Assembly (NCBI GenBank): GCA_905178155.1
Contig: CAJINV010000012.1
Coordinates: 988,004-1,052,003 of the forward strand
Direction of reading: 5' to 3'
Source of the DNA: Amoebophrya sp. A120
Lineage: Eukaryota > Protista > Dinoflagellata
DNA: 64,000 nt
The position numbers and the translations under genes are program-made. This document shows positions 14,301 to 25,900 of the stretch, piece after piece. The notes under the pieces were generated by a model that made no database searches, was not told where the DNA came from, and saw only the letters and a list, made by a program, of their open reading frames with translations. Position 1 is the stretch's first letter. Each line of letters begins with the position of its first letter.

Positions 14301-15486
14301 ATTTCCGGTAGTCAAACAACAGGCTGGACCGCTTCTCGTTGCGGACTTGTTTGGAGCAGAACTCGTTTTCCTTCATGATTTCGATCTGCTTCTTCTTCAG
14401 CAGTTTGTACTCCTGTTTGCGCACGTTCGCAAGGGGTGGGCGGGAGGGGGAGGAGGCGGAAGAAGTTTTGATACTAGCAAGTACACCAGAATGTTGAGTT
14501 CCAGCAGCGCCAGTCTGCTCTAGAGGACGACCGTCGAAGGATCTGCTCGGGGAAAAATCGTGGGCAACGAGATCCCCATCTTCCACTCCTTCTGCGCGCA
14601 AAGCCAGAGCCGTGCGGCTGGGGCGAAGGATGAGATCGGTACTATTGGAGGTATAATTTTTGACCCTTCGTTTGTCATGATCTGCGGTAAATGACGATAT
14701 CGCGTCTGTAGAAGAAGGTGTTGACTCGAGGAGCTGTTGTGGTGCCCCCTTTGCTATTGCATCAAATGGTTGCGCATGACTAGTAAAATCCTTGTCGGCC
14801 AATGCATCTTCACCTGCTGTTGCTTCTCCGCTTCTACTTCTCCCACCACGACCCCACCTCGATTGTTGAGCTTTTTCCCTCGCCAACACAGCATGCCGCT
14901 GCTTTAGCTGGTGGGCCTCTTCGCGTATCGACAGGTGCTGGCGGCGGAGATTCTGGTAGGTGCCAGAGCCAGACGCACCTGAACTTTGTGCAGAAGTCTC
15001 TGTACAACTACTAAATTGCCCACCATGCAGCTGCGTTTCATCCGGTGGGAATGTCCTGAACGTCGGTTGCACGACCGCAGCTGCTCCAGAGTCAGAGGAA
15101 CAAGGAGACCTCCTCCTGCTGAATTCGGTTGTCTTTGGACCGTGACCGCCTACGCCTTTAACGTAGTTCATCCTTGTCGACAAATCGTCCCGTCGAAAAT
15201 GATCTTCTTCTTGTCCCCCGTACTCCGCGAGCGGCGAGGACATAGAGGCGATTGCCCTTGATGCGCCGCCTGTTGAGCAAGCCGGGGCTCTTTTGGTGGC
15301 GTGGTGATTTCCTCCAGGAACTAGTACCAGCCTGCCGCTTTTGGCGCACGCTGGAGACGCAGCTGGGCAAGGAGAACCAGAGCCTGCTCCTCTTGAAGTA
15401 CCCCCATAAAAATTCGTTCCCCGTGCGGCCCCGGGGACGAGGTTTCTGCAGCTCGCTGCCTGGTGACAAGGTGCTGGGTAAAACAT
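11351..15486 (-). CDS. Large hypothetical Ser/Thr-rich protein; 4 exons
   Basis: ORFs 14215-15486, 12485-13984 and 11522-12430 join in frame (EVKD|QVLQ, YCSH|DRWW, EES|TGAN) after removing three elements plus one DR copy. Confidence 0.75.
11468..11622. mobile_element. Introner, family B
   Basis: tatgcattgcaaaagtatcgtattcgta ... tacgaatacgaggcttttgcacaggata; DR tgctt/tgctc. Confidence 0.9.
12483..12696. mobile_element. Introner, family E
   Basis: tatcacgagaaaaaagtgttacagttacaca ... tgtgtaactgtaacacttttttcttgcgata; perfect DR catga. Confidence 0.95.
13973..14236. mobile_element. Introner, family A
   Basis: tatgcattgcaaaaatgtctgggtctggaaa ... tttccagactcagacatatttgcatttgata; perfect DR tcctt. 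Confidence 0.95.
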
Positions 15487-16516
15487 TATTGCGACCGGTG
15501 CTGGGAAGGATGTTCTTGATGCGTCGTTTTTATATATTAATTTTTCGTGGTCAGTGAGAAGTCATTCGGGAAAAACGAACGGATTTCATATTCATTGCAG
15601 AAATTGGCGCTTGTTCTTTCCGGTAGTAAAAAGAGATAATCAAGAAAAAATTCACAGTACTACACAATCTAAATGCGAAAACAGAGGGACTACGGATACG
15701 ACACGTCGAAGCTCGCCTCGCTTCGGTGAATGCAGTGTTGGGACCGAAAGTATGATCTATCAAATGTGAGATCAAGAACACGTAGAAGATGCAGAAGCCG
15801 AGTTTTCATCATAATAGATCAACGACGAACACGAGCGCGAGCCAAAGCGAAACAAAATACCGCTCAACTTCTTGGTTTAGTTAAAAACTTTCATTCATAA
15901 AAGCGATCAGGGGAAGGACAAGACCTAGATAGTCAACAGGCAGGAACAGGGCGCAATCTTCTTCAACAGTCAGGATCACAACACACAGGCACCTTCTGCA
16001 AAAACCAGAACAGTTTTTCTTGATCACTTTTTCTTACCGACAGTAACGGAACTCCGAACTCCATGCTGAAGATCTGTTCCACGAAGATCATCTTCCGAGC
16101 ATCATACTGATTCATACGCAAGTACCTTTCACGAACTCCAACAGCGTCTAGAGGAAGCCTGTACAACTAGGGCGATTTCATGCCTCTCTTGTACTACAGG
16201 CAAGTTGTTCAACCACCAATACCAGCGGTCTTTTTCATTTTCCTGTATTAAATTTGGCAGAAAATCACGACACAGTTAAGCAAGGGGAACAAACCATTTT
16301 TCCGAATCGAGTCGCTTCTTTAAGAACTGTACGTCGGTCGATTTATTGCAGATTCATCCAATCCTTCACATTAGTAAGAAGTTCGCGCTTACCGTGGACA
16401 TCGAAGTAGAAGAAGAAGTACTAGACACATGATAGCACATTTGATTTACATTTCGCTTCCACAGCTGCTCCTCAACTTGTGTTGCTCCATGTAGTTTCCA
16501 TCGGAACTACACTATG

Positions 16517-19500
16517 TCACCAGTACTTCCCATCCAATTCCGAGTGGTAGAAATCACTCACTGTGACAAACGCCCGTCGTCCGAAGTTCTGATCCACCCA
16601 ACTTTTGCTCGCAGAAGATGATGAGCTGCTACTTGATCCGCCTGCAGAAGAACTGCTATTTGACATTTCAGCGCAAGAACCTTGACCACCACCACCACTA
16701 CTGCTACTACACACCTGCGTGAGCTGATGGGGCGCGAGGACCAGCACCAGGTCGGTAAAATCGACCAGCACGAACACCACGTTCTGGCGCCAGGTGTGGT
16801 TCTGGAACCTGCCCACAGGGATGAAAGTGGTATTCAGCTGGATTTCGCACTGAAACAGCACCTTGCCGAGCAGTTTGGGATCCACGGTGGACGTCTCCGC
16901 GTCGAAAATTCTTTCGTAAAACTTCCGCGCTTCCGCCTCCTCCGCGTCGTAGGAAGTGGTGGGTTTTGTTGTTTGGTTGGGGGCGCAGAGAGGGAAAGAG
17001 GTAGAAGTAGCTCTAGAATCCGCCAAAATTTCCTGCTGCGCGTGAGGTTCTTGGTCCTTGACGAGGTTGTACTCCACCTGTAGTTCATCTTTGCTCTGGG
17101 ATGTTGACGGTCGTGTGAAGAATGCCGAGGCGTCAGCATGTTGATCTCCATGACGTTGTGCGAATGATGCCGTCACGGGGATCTTCTCGACGCCGATTTT
17201 GCCCGCACTACTTCTGTCGCTCACGTCGACCACACAACTACTGCATCCAGAACTATTGCCGCAGCCGCTGGGAAAAGCTATTGGATTTTTGTTGTTCTTT
17301 GAAACAAAGTCTTCCTCTTCGTAAAAACTGGAAGACGCTCTCCTCCGTCTTTTCCGGAGCAAATCCCTACTGAAGCAGCTAGTGAAAGAACTACAACCCG
17401 TGGTCGATGAACTACTACTATTCAACGCAGCTGCTAGGTATATCCTCTTCTGTTTTTCCCAGATTTTTCTCCCCTCCTCTTCCGGGATTTTCTTCACCAA
17501 CCGTGCGTTTTTCCCGATCATTTTCGCATACTTCGATTTCTCCCACACGTCTCGCAGATTGTTCAAGTTTCTATCCGAAACGAAGAACCCGGTGCGGTCC
17601 ATGGTGAAAATGCAGTTTTTCGCTGGCATCTTCCCCCGGATTAGCAAATTCGCGTAGTGCTGGAAGGACTTGGAGACCTTCGACAGCCGGATAAAGCTGG
17701 TGGGGAGTAAGAGAAATTCCAAGATCAGCGCCAGCAAGTCGGACTCAAAAATCTGCTTCTCAATGCTCTCGATCTCGATCCATTTTTGCACCGTCGGCGA
17801 ATTCTCCAGCTCATCGAGGTTTGACCCGAAGCTATTCGTCCGCATGGAGCAGGTGCGCTTGGACCGCGGGGAGGAGGTGCGGGACGACACGGACAACGTC
17901 GCTGTCGTTGCTCGGCTTCCGCTTGATGTTCCGGAGGACCAAGTCGTGGCTGCATAAGTAGAACTGCTGCTCATGCAGTGGTTGTGCTTGTCGATACAGA
18001 CGCCGACCGCTGCACTAGAGGTTCCTGGTCCGCCTAGTATTGCGTTGTTGTACAGCCGGGGCGTACTAGTGCCCGGCGCAGTAGTTGCACTACTAGTACC
18101 CCAACCATAACCCTTCGGTGAGAGGAGAAAGAAATGATCCTGCTGAGGATCCGCGGTAGTCGCTGGTAAGTTGTGCATTGCGTTTGTTCTACTGCTCGAA
18201 GATGCAGCCGTTGTCACTAGCTTGCCCGGTATACTCGCGAGCGATCCCTCGTCCGCGAAAAATTCTTGGTGGTATATTTCGTCCAACCTGGGCAAGAGCT
18301 CCACCGGGTGATGCTGATGCGCCGTCGATAAGGGAACAATTCCTGCACCAGCTCCTGTTGTTGGAGGTGTTGTAGAGTTCGTGGCTGTTCCTGTCGCTGC
18401 ACCCCCACCCGTCGTGTTTTCGCAAAAATTTTTCCCAATATGGAGTAGTTCGGCGGGCAATGCACCGAGTCGTGGCGGAGAAGTAGAAGAAGAAGAACTC
18501 CTCGCATTTAGCGTTGACAAAGTAGCACCACAAGAAGAACCACTCGCGGATGATGATGATGATGAAGCAGTTGCGCCTGCTGTGTTTGGTGTTCCCGTTC
18601 CGAGAAAAACGTTACACTCCTCTTGCAGCTCTTGTCCTCCATGTTGACCAAAATGCTGTGGCCCGCCTAGTACAACTCCTAGCGAAGAAGAAGATCCACC
18701 TTCTTCGCAATCGAAAAACAGCCGGTGCTGCAAGCTCCGCACCTGCAACAGGAACCGGACCCGTGCGCGGACTAGATCGGGATTCTTCCACTTCGGGCGA
18801 CTCGAGAATAATCCCCCGGCGTCGAAGGCGGACTATGAAAGGGAAAAATCCCCCCTCCCCATATCAAAAAGGAAATCTGTGATGCTGGATTTGCGTACAC
18901 AAATCCGATTTGTATTGCAGGAAGGCATACCGAGCAGATCCCCAGGCTAGGTAGGGGCGTATGGGCCTAGTTGTTCAGCATTGCAAACGGCTGACCTTTA
19001 GGCCCAACAACATGGCAAATCGCTTCCATAATGGGGCGGAAGCTTCTGCCCTTGCCTTCTTGCAAGAGAAATGTGATTTGTGACCTCAAATCAGCAACAC
19101 AAATCTTCGGAAAGATACCTTTTCGATATGGGGAGGGGGGATTTTTCCTCTCAATACGGACTGCCGGCGGTTCATGATGGGAGAGGAGGGGATTTTCGCG
19201 AGAATTGCGTCGGGTAGCGCACTCAGAAACGGCTGGCAGCATTCGATCGGGGTGGAGTCCACGCAGGAGGGAGGAGGACGGCGGAGTAGAGCAGTGGACG
19301 AGGTGGAAGTTGTAGTGCAGCTGGTCGTATCTTCGGACTTTTTTATGTGGGTTACAACCACGTTGTTCAAATGGTGTTGTTGTAGGACCTCCGACCGCGT
19401 TTGAGCTTCGGCCTTTATCTAGAGCTTTAACACCCGTTAGCATGAGAAGTGGTGAATTTGTAGTGAATTTTGCATGACAAATTGCAGATGAGTCCGCCGG

Positions 19501-20537
19501 GACATTGTCCCTCTTGGCCTTCTGGGAAGTAGTGGGCTCTGCACACCGCAAAAGTCAAGGCTTATGCGGCGGGCAACTTCTAGACATGGCCTGGGTGCCG
19601 TTCTTTGGCCATGTCTATTCGTCATCTCCCTGTGCCCGTATAAGAGCACTGCAGCAGCCGCGGCAAAGACGCCAAAAGGACAGTGCTGCGAAGCACATGC
19701 AATCAGGCAAGAAGGCGCGAAAGCAAGGGCAAAAGGACCAGGCCAAGAGCTCTGACGCGTCTATCCGGCAGGCGCGTGAGCTCTCCCGGCCTTTTCGGCA
19801 GAATATAAAAGGGCTGAGGGGGGCAGCAGAGGGCGCTTGCCTTTTCCCCTCGGCCCCACTTCCCAGGGCCTATTTGCGGACTTCCTTGAGCACTTTTCTG
19901 CGCTAAAGTTTGCCCTCGGCCCCCTCCCTCTCGACCCACTATGAACTCCGCAGAGGCAGTGTTGTATTGTGAGACCGCCAGAGGCCGCCTTTACTTCTTG
20001 GCAACGTCGCACCAGGCAGCTGCAAAGACGTGCGTCTCTACTTTAGGCTCTGACAGTGAGCGTCACCATCCAAGTGGCACCAGGCAAGTGACAGCCTTTC
20101 AACTACTTACACGGAACGCTGACTGCCTGGTGTCCTTCTCGCGCTCTTCATATGCCCTCTAATTCATGCATCATGCCACGCAATACAAATTCACTGCAAA
20201 TTCACCCTTCTGTATGTTAACGACCGTCCAAGACATAAGACTTTATCTGGGTTACAACCACGTTGTTCAAATCGTGCTGTTGTAGAGGTCCCGATTGCCT
20301 GGTTTGAGCTACGGGGAAGCGTGGAGAAAAAGAGCAGCTCGAAGTAGGTGGTGAACAATCTATTCTGGTTGTCTCCACGTCCTGTTGTTCACAACATTCA
20401 TCGAGCGGGCCTGACATATGTAGCCCACCTGCTCCAGAAGTTCTACCAGTAGACTCTTCTCCTGCTGCGCTGCTGACTCCGTTGGCATCGTCAACTACCG
20501 GAGTCGTCGTGTAGAGAGACGGGAAAATTGCCGACAT
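16517..20537 (-). CDS. Low-complexity protein with putative F-box-like motif(s); 3 exons
   Basis: 743-aa ORF with SDLLALILEFLLLPTSFIRLSKVSKSFQHYA (F-box-like); joined in frame to exon 19157-19415 (LSALPDAILAKI) across element 18834-19156; first exon 20238-20537 needs element +6 nt removal. Confidence 0.6.
18834..19156. mobile_element. Introner, family G
   Basis: tatgaaagggaaaaatcccccctccccatatc ... gatatggggaggggggatttttcctctcaata; perfect DR cggac. Confidence 0.95.
19416..20237. mobile_element. Long (822 bp) TIR element / intron
   Basis: cgttagcatgagaagtggtgaatttgtagtgaattt inverted against aaattcactgcaaattcacccttctgtatgttaacg; TAT/ATA ends; GC-rich core. Confidence 0.7.
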
Positions 20538-21917
20538 AGTACTGGTTCACCAGGTGGTGAATTGTGGTAAAGGGCGGTGAGATAATTATGACAAAAACAG
20601 CGAAGATAGAAATTGAAATTGTAGAAAGAAACAACAGCAGGTATAGCGAAAAACAAAAACAAAACACGAAACGGAAACTCAAAAAATACAAAAAATCAAA
20701 AATGCATGTCACGTGGTCCCATTCAAAACTCCAAAGATGAAACGGTTGCGCTTCGTACGTGACAATGCTGGTACACTCGGTTTGTACATACAGATTTAAT
20801 TTCGGGAAAAAAAAAACGTGCTAATGTGGATTTTTTTACAGGAGCGACATTTTCAAGAATACTACTCAGGGTTTACGATTGCGATGAATGTTGTGTATGC
20901 TTACTCAATATGGGAAGTAATATGTTGGGCTATCTTCTTCATCAAAATGGAAGCTTATGGGTAGGGGAGTCTCAACACCAAATACTAACACGACGTTTGC
21001 TTGAATATGGGGACAAATGTACCTGGCGGCCACGATGTATATGTTGCTCTCTCGTTCAACGCTCCTGTTTCTTCAGTTTTCGAAGTTACTTAGAAAGCCG
21101 CTCGACTAGAGAAAGGGGGCCCGTAAAGATGACACACATCAAAGCTACGATATCATAAAAGTGCTCCTGTGCATAGAAAAAGCTACAATACGACGACCTC
21201 TGCAACGAAAAAAACTCTGTCTCTCTCGAACCGAACCGACGAAAAAAACCTGTAGTGCCTCTGACCGAAGATCATAATCGGTGCCATACGGAAGCAATAT
21301 CAGCTGCGCCGCGGTACAAAGCTGCACCTAGTGCAACTGAAACAAAATAGAAAATTCAACCGATGGTGACTCAACTCAGCGCACCGACCATAGTTAGTGT
21401 TAATCTGTAAACATACTGCATATGAATCTGCCCCGAAAGAAAAGCGAAACAACAAAGAAGCCGATTTGTATGGTCATGTTGAGTGTCTGTGGTTCTCGCA
21501 AATGCAAAATCGTAATCGACCGAGAGAAGGAGCACTTATTTGCTCGATACAGAGGAGTCAAGAAAAGGCCCAATCATATAATTGCGCATCCAGGCTGGGG
21601 AACCGCCTCGTTTGATTCGCATCGCTTCTTTTTTCTTGGAAGGTAGTAGCAAATCAAGAATTTTACTGGTCAAAGTCAAATCGTACAAGCTCGTATAGGT
21701 TCATCGGATATTTTTGCAACGTTCAGAGTTCGTCGCGTTTCTTCTTTCTTTTCTGACATCTTTTTCCATTGTACAGGTGGGTGGCCTTCCAAGTTATCTT
21801 AGAGCTAGAGGCTGGAATAGTTACAAGAAAAGTTGCTGCTGAAGGGGTCTTCAGAGCTCGTTACAAGCGAGGTGAATTTGATTTCTAGGTAGAATTATTT
21901 CTTCGTTCATGTTGTTC

Positions 21918-22178
21918 TATCAACTGTAAAAATGTCTGGGTCTGGAAGAATGCAAGAATTTGTCATGCTTGTCTGGCATGACTCTGAACTCTGTGTTGCA
22001 TGGCCGCGAAGAACTTCTCCTCCCTGTCAAGCAAAAGCAAAAACGCAGTTTCCCATGCGGAGTGCGCAACTCAGGGCCATGGAAAAAACTTGTCATGCTT
22101 GGCAGCGCATTATAGTGAGTTCACTATTCCCTTTCTTGCATCACAAGTTTCCAGACCCAGACATTTTTACATTTGATA
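21918..22178. mobile_element. Introner-type element, family A, host transcript unclear
   Basis: tatcaactgtaaaaatgtctgggtctggaa ... ttccagacccagacatttttacatttgata; perfect DR tgttc. Confidence 0.95.
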
Positions 22179-22917
22179 TGTTCATCAATAATTGCACAGT
22201 GGTATTCGTCAATTTTGTGAAGTCACCAGTTGAAGCTAATTTCTTTCGAAGAATGTCATTACAGGCAACGGCGCGCTTGCAGGAGGCGCTGCGGTGTCGT
22301 GACGTTCTATTGAAAGCAGCTATGCAACCGAGTACTACACGACTGCTGCATGCAAGAACAACTTTCTCACCGACAAGACAACCGTTGTAGTAGAAGAAAA
22401 GTTGAGCTGATTGTTCAGGTTTGAAATTCTGAGAGGTACTAGAATTGGTTTTCGTTTTCCTTCTATCTTGCGTAAAACTGGTTTGAAACAAGTAAAAGAG
22501 CTCGTTATATCGTGCCCAAGAGAGATAGCTTTAAAACAGAAACTAGATTTTCGTGCCTACTCTCTTTCATCATTTTTCTCTTTTTTCGTCCTGAAAGAAA
22601 GGCGTTGAACTTAAAGGACAAAATTCGGACATTTGCATTTCGAAACATCAAATAAAAGCTCTGTAGATGAGTAGTTGCGTCGTCAGTGTGCCGGCGGTCA
22701 CAACCCTTCTATCGACAACACGACTACATAGCAAATTTCTCGTCTGTTCATGTGCTGGCTGCACCAGTCAACTCGAACATCTTCCCACGCCTCGGGAATA
22801 CAAAGTAGGTGTAGGGACGAAGGAATCAGAAAGCGAATACTTACCTAGCTCACAGTGAAAAAGAAACTTGTTTCGTATAGAACAATGGTGCTCATCAAAA
22901 TCCCCTTTCACAAGAAC

Positions 22918-25900
22918 TTACACGTTGATCGACCCTCCTCCGCCGCTTTCCGGCCCTACACCCCCTCCCGCGGGCAGCAACGGCACATACCCATCTGCTC
23001 GACTGCTTCTCGTTTCCGCCGTGACAGGGCCTCCACCTGGGCCGCTGCTACCCGAGGCAACCATCATTGCCCCGTCCCCCGTTGCAACAGTCGAGCCATT
23101 CGGCATTACCTGGTCCCCACTCTTCTTTTCATTTTCCTCGCCATTCCCGCCGAACAGTACACCCCCAGCACCGGAGTACAACCCGCGCAAATGCGACTTC
23201 CGCATCTCTTCGATGGCCAAAATCGGCAGAAACACGATCACAAAGGGCAACAGCAACTGCGGCAGTCCCAGTTTCCAGGTGCCGAGCAATTTCTGAAGCG
23301 GGGACCAGTAGACCACGGCCAGCCCGGTGAGATATGAATTGCAAAAGCATTGCATCGTACTAGAACTAGTATAAATTGCATTACAAACTGGCCCAGCATT
23401 ACAAATTGAATTTGTAATGCTGATTTGCCTTGAGAAAGAGATTTGTAATGCATAAATGCAATTAGTACGAGTACGATACTTTTGCACAGGATATGAGAAT
23501 CTCGAACACGATGAAGAAGTTGAGCCAGAAATTCGGTATCCCATGTAAAAACGTCCCCACACCATAGTCAAGATGGGAAATCTGCAACACAAATCTTCAC
23601 GTTTTGGGAGTTCTGCATGACAAGTTTCCATCTGCAGTGTAGTCCTGGCTAGCAAGGAAAGCCGCATGAGAAAGCCGTTTTCTCATCCTGTGTACAGCAT
23701 TACAAATGCCAAAACACAACTGGAAATGCCTCTCATGGAGATGCGCATTACAAGTGTTCCTGTCATTGCACAGGTGCATGACAACTATGGGGTGGGGATG
23801 TTTTTACACAGGATATTCGGGATCCCGTACTCAAACAGCGACTGACGGTAGGTGGTAGAGGCATACGCCGCGGCGAGTTGGCCGACCAGGAGGGACCAAT
23901 AGTAGCAGGTGGTCATTTCGCCGTAGATCTGATGTTGAGCAGGGGTATTGAGATTTATTTCGAGCAGTGCACGACTAGCATAGGCTGCTCATGTTCTGTT
24001 TTCAATGTTGCGCGTTTCAACATCATGAAACTGAAATCCGTCGAGCACACACACACACAGAGTAAGAGTTTGGCTCCAACACTGATGACACCAACACTTT
24101 TATCTATACCCGAAACTCATCGTCCGTGTATTCCTTGTAGCTTTTTCCGCTCAGGAACAAATCCTGGCTCTCCGGGAAAAACACCGTGATCATCAAGAAA
24201 CACCCTAACGATATGAACTGCAAAAGCATCGTACTAGTAGATATCGCATTACAAATTTGCTCAGCATTAGAAATGGAATTTGTAATGCGGTTTTACTTTG
24301 ATAGAAAGATTTGTAATCCATGACTGCAATTACTACGAGTACAATACTTTTGCACAGGATAAACGACTGCAGCGCCCCGATGTACGCGTAGGAGTAGGCC
24401 AACAAATCGTTATCCACCAACGGCTCCCGTTATAACAGTGCACAACTCCCCCTCGTTCTCATTTCTCATGCAAAATCCACAATTCCAGTTGCTCCCTTGC
24501 GTCACTATCATGCATGACAAATTCCGCAGGCCCAAACAGTACTACTGCGCTGGGCACTGAAATTTGCCATGCATAGGCTCCACGTGTGCTGGTGTTTGTA
24601 TTGCAAACAATTGCTGTTCATGCAATACAAATGAGGGGGAGGGGGGGTTCGGGTTGTGCACTTTCATACCCGTCTCGGGTGTCGCGGCTTCCGGTTCATC
24701 AGATTCGACTCCGCCGGCTGCGTTGCGTAGGCGATGGAGGTCCAAATGTCCGTCCCGATGTCGATGGTCAAAATTTGCGTGATCGTGAGGGTCTGCGGTA
24801 AACTGAAAATCCCGAGGAAAATCGGTAACGACTGCGGGAGTTTGGAGCACAGCGTGTACATGATGGACTTGCGCAAGTTGTCGGACGATAACCGGCCCTG
24901 CTCGACCCCGTCGACGATGGAGGAAAAATTGTCGTCCAACAGAATAATGCCCGCCGCGTCCTTCGCCACCTCCGTCCCCCGGATGCCCATGGCAATCCCC
25001 ACCTCCGCCTGCTTCAGCGCCGGCGCGTCGTTCACCCCGTCGCCCGTCATCGCGACGATAGAGTGGGCGAAAGTTTGGTACGCTTGCACGATGATCTGCT
25101 TGTGGAGGGGCGACACCCGGGCGAAAACGCAGCAGTACTGACACGCGTTGACCCAGAATTCCTTCACGGCCTGCGGATCGTGCTCCCCAAACTCGTCGTA
25201 GGTCGGTGCGTATTGCTCCACGAGCTTTCCCTCTATCACCTCGAAATCCTGCTGAATCTGCGACGTTGCCGTGGTGGCCGGAAGGGCCTGCAGGATGCCC
25301 AATTTCCTCGCAATCGCCCGGGCCGTGTCCATGTGGTCTCCCGTGACCATCACCACCTTCACACTCGCATACTGCGCGCGGCGCACCGCGTTTTTCACCC
25401 CTGGCTTCGGCGGGTCCTCGATCCCATACAACCCGGACAGCACAAAATCGTCGACCAACAGCGACCGCATGTCCTCCAATCGCTCCGCCTTGGCCAGCAG
25501 TTTCTCGTATTTTGTCACGAAATTCAACTGCATTTCCTTCGTGTCAAGTGCAAAAATGTCTGGGTCTGGAAAAGTGAAGACTTGTCATGCAGATTTTCCA
25601 TGACCCGTGAGGTCTGGAATGCGGGACTTAGCATGACAGACTCTGCGAGGTCTCCGCCATGCCTGTCCTGCATGAGAAATTCCCTTTCAACTTGGTCAAA
25701 AGTGGACGGCTTTTGGCACTCACGCAACACAGATTTTTGCATGCTTCAGATTTACCATGACAAGCTGCAATCTTCCAGACCCAGACATTTTTGCAATCCA
25801 TACTTCGTGTCCGCGAACGAAAATTTTTTCATCCCCACCGCGATCACCCGCTTCCCCTCCGACATCAGCGCTCGCCACTCCGACTCGATTTGCAGCTGCT

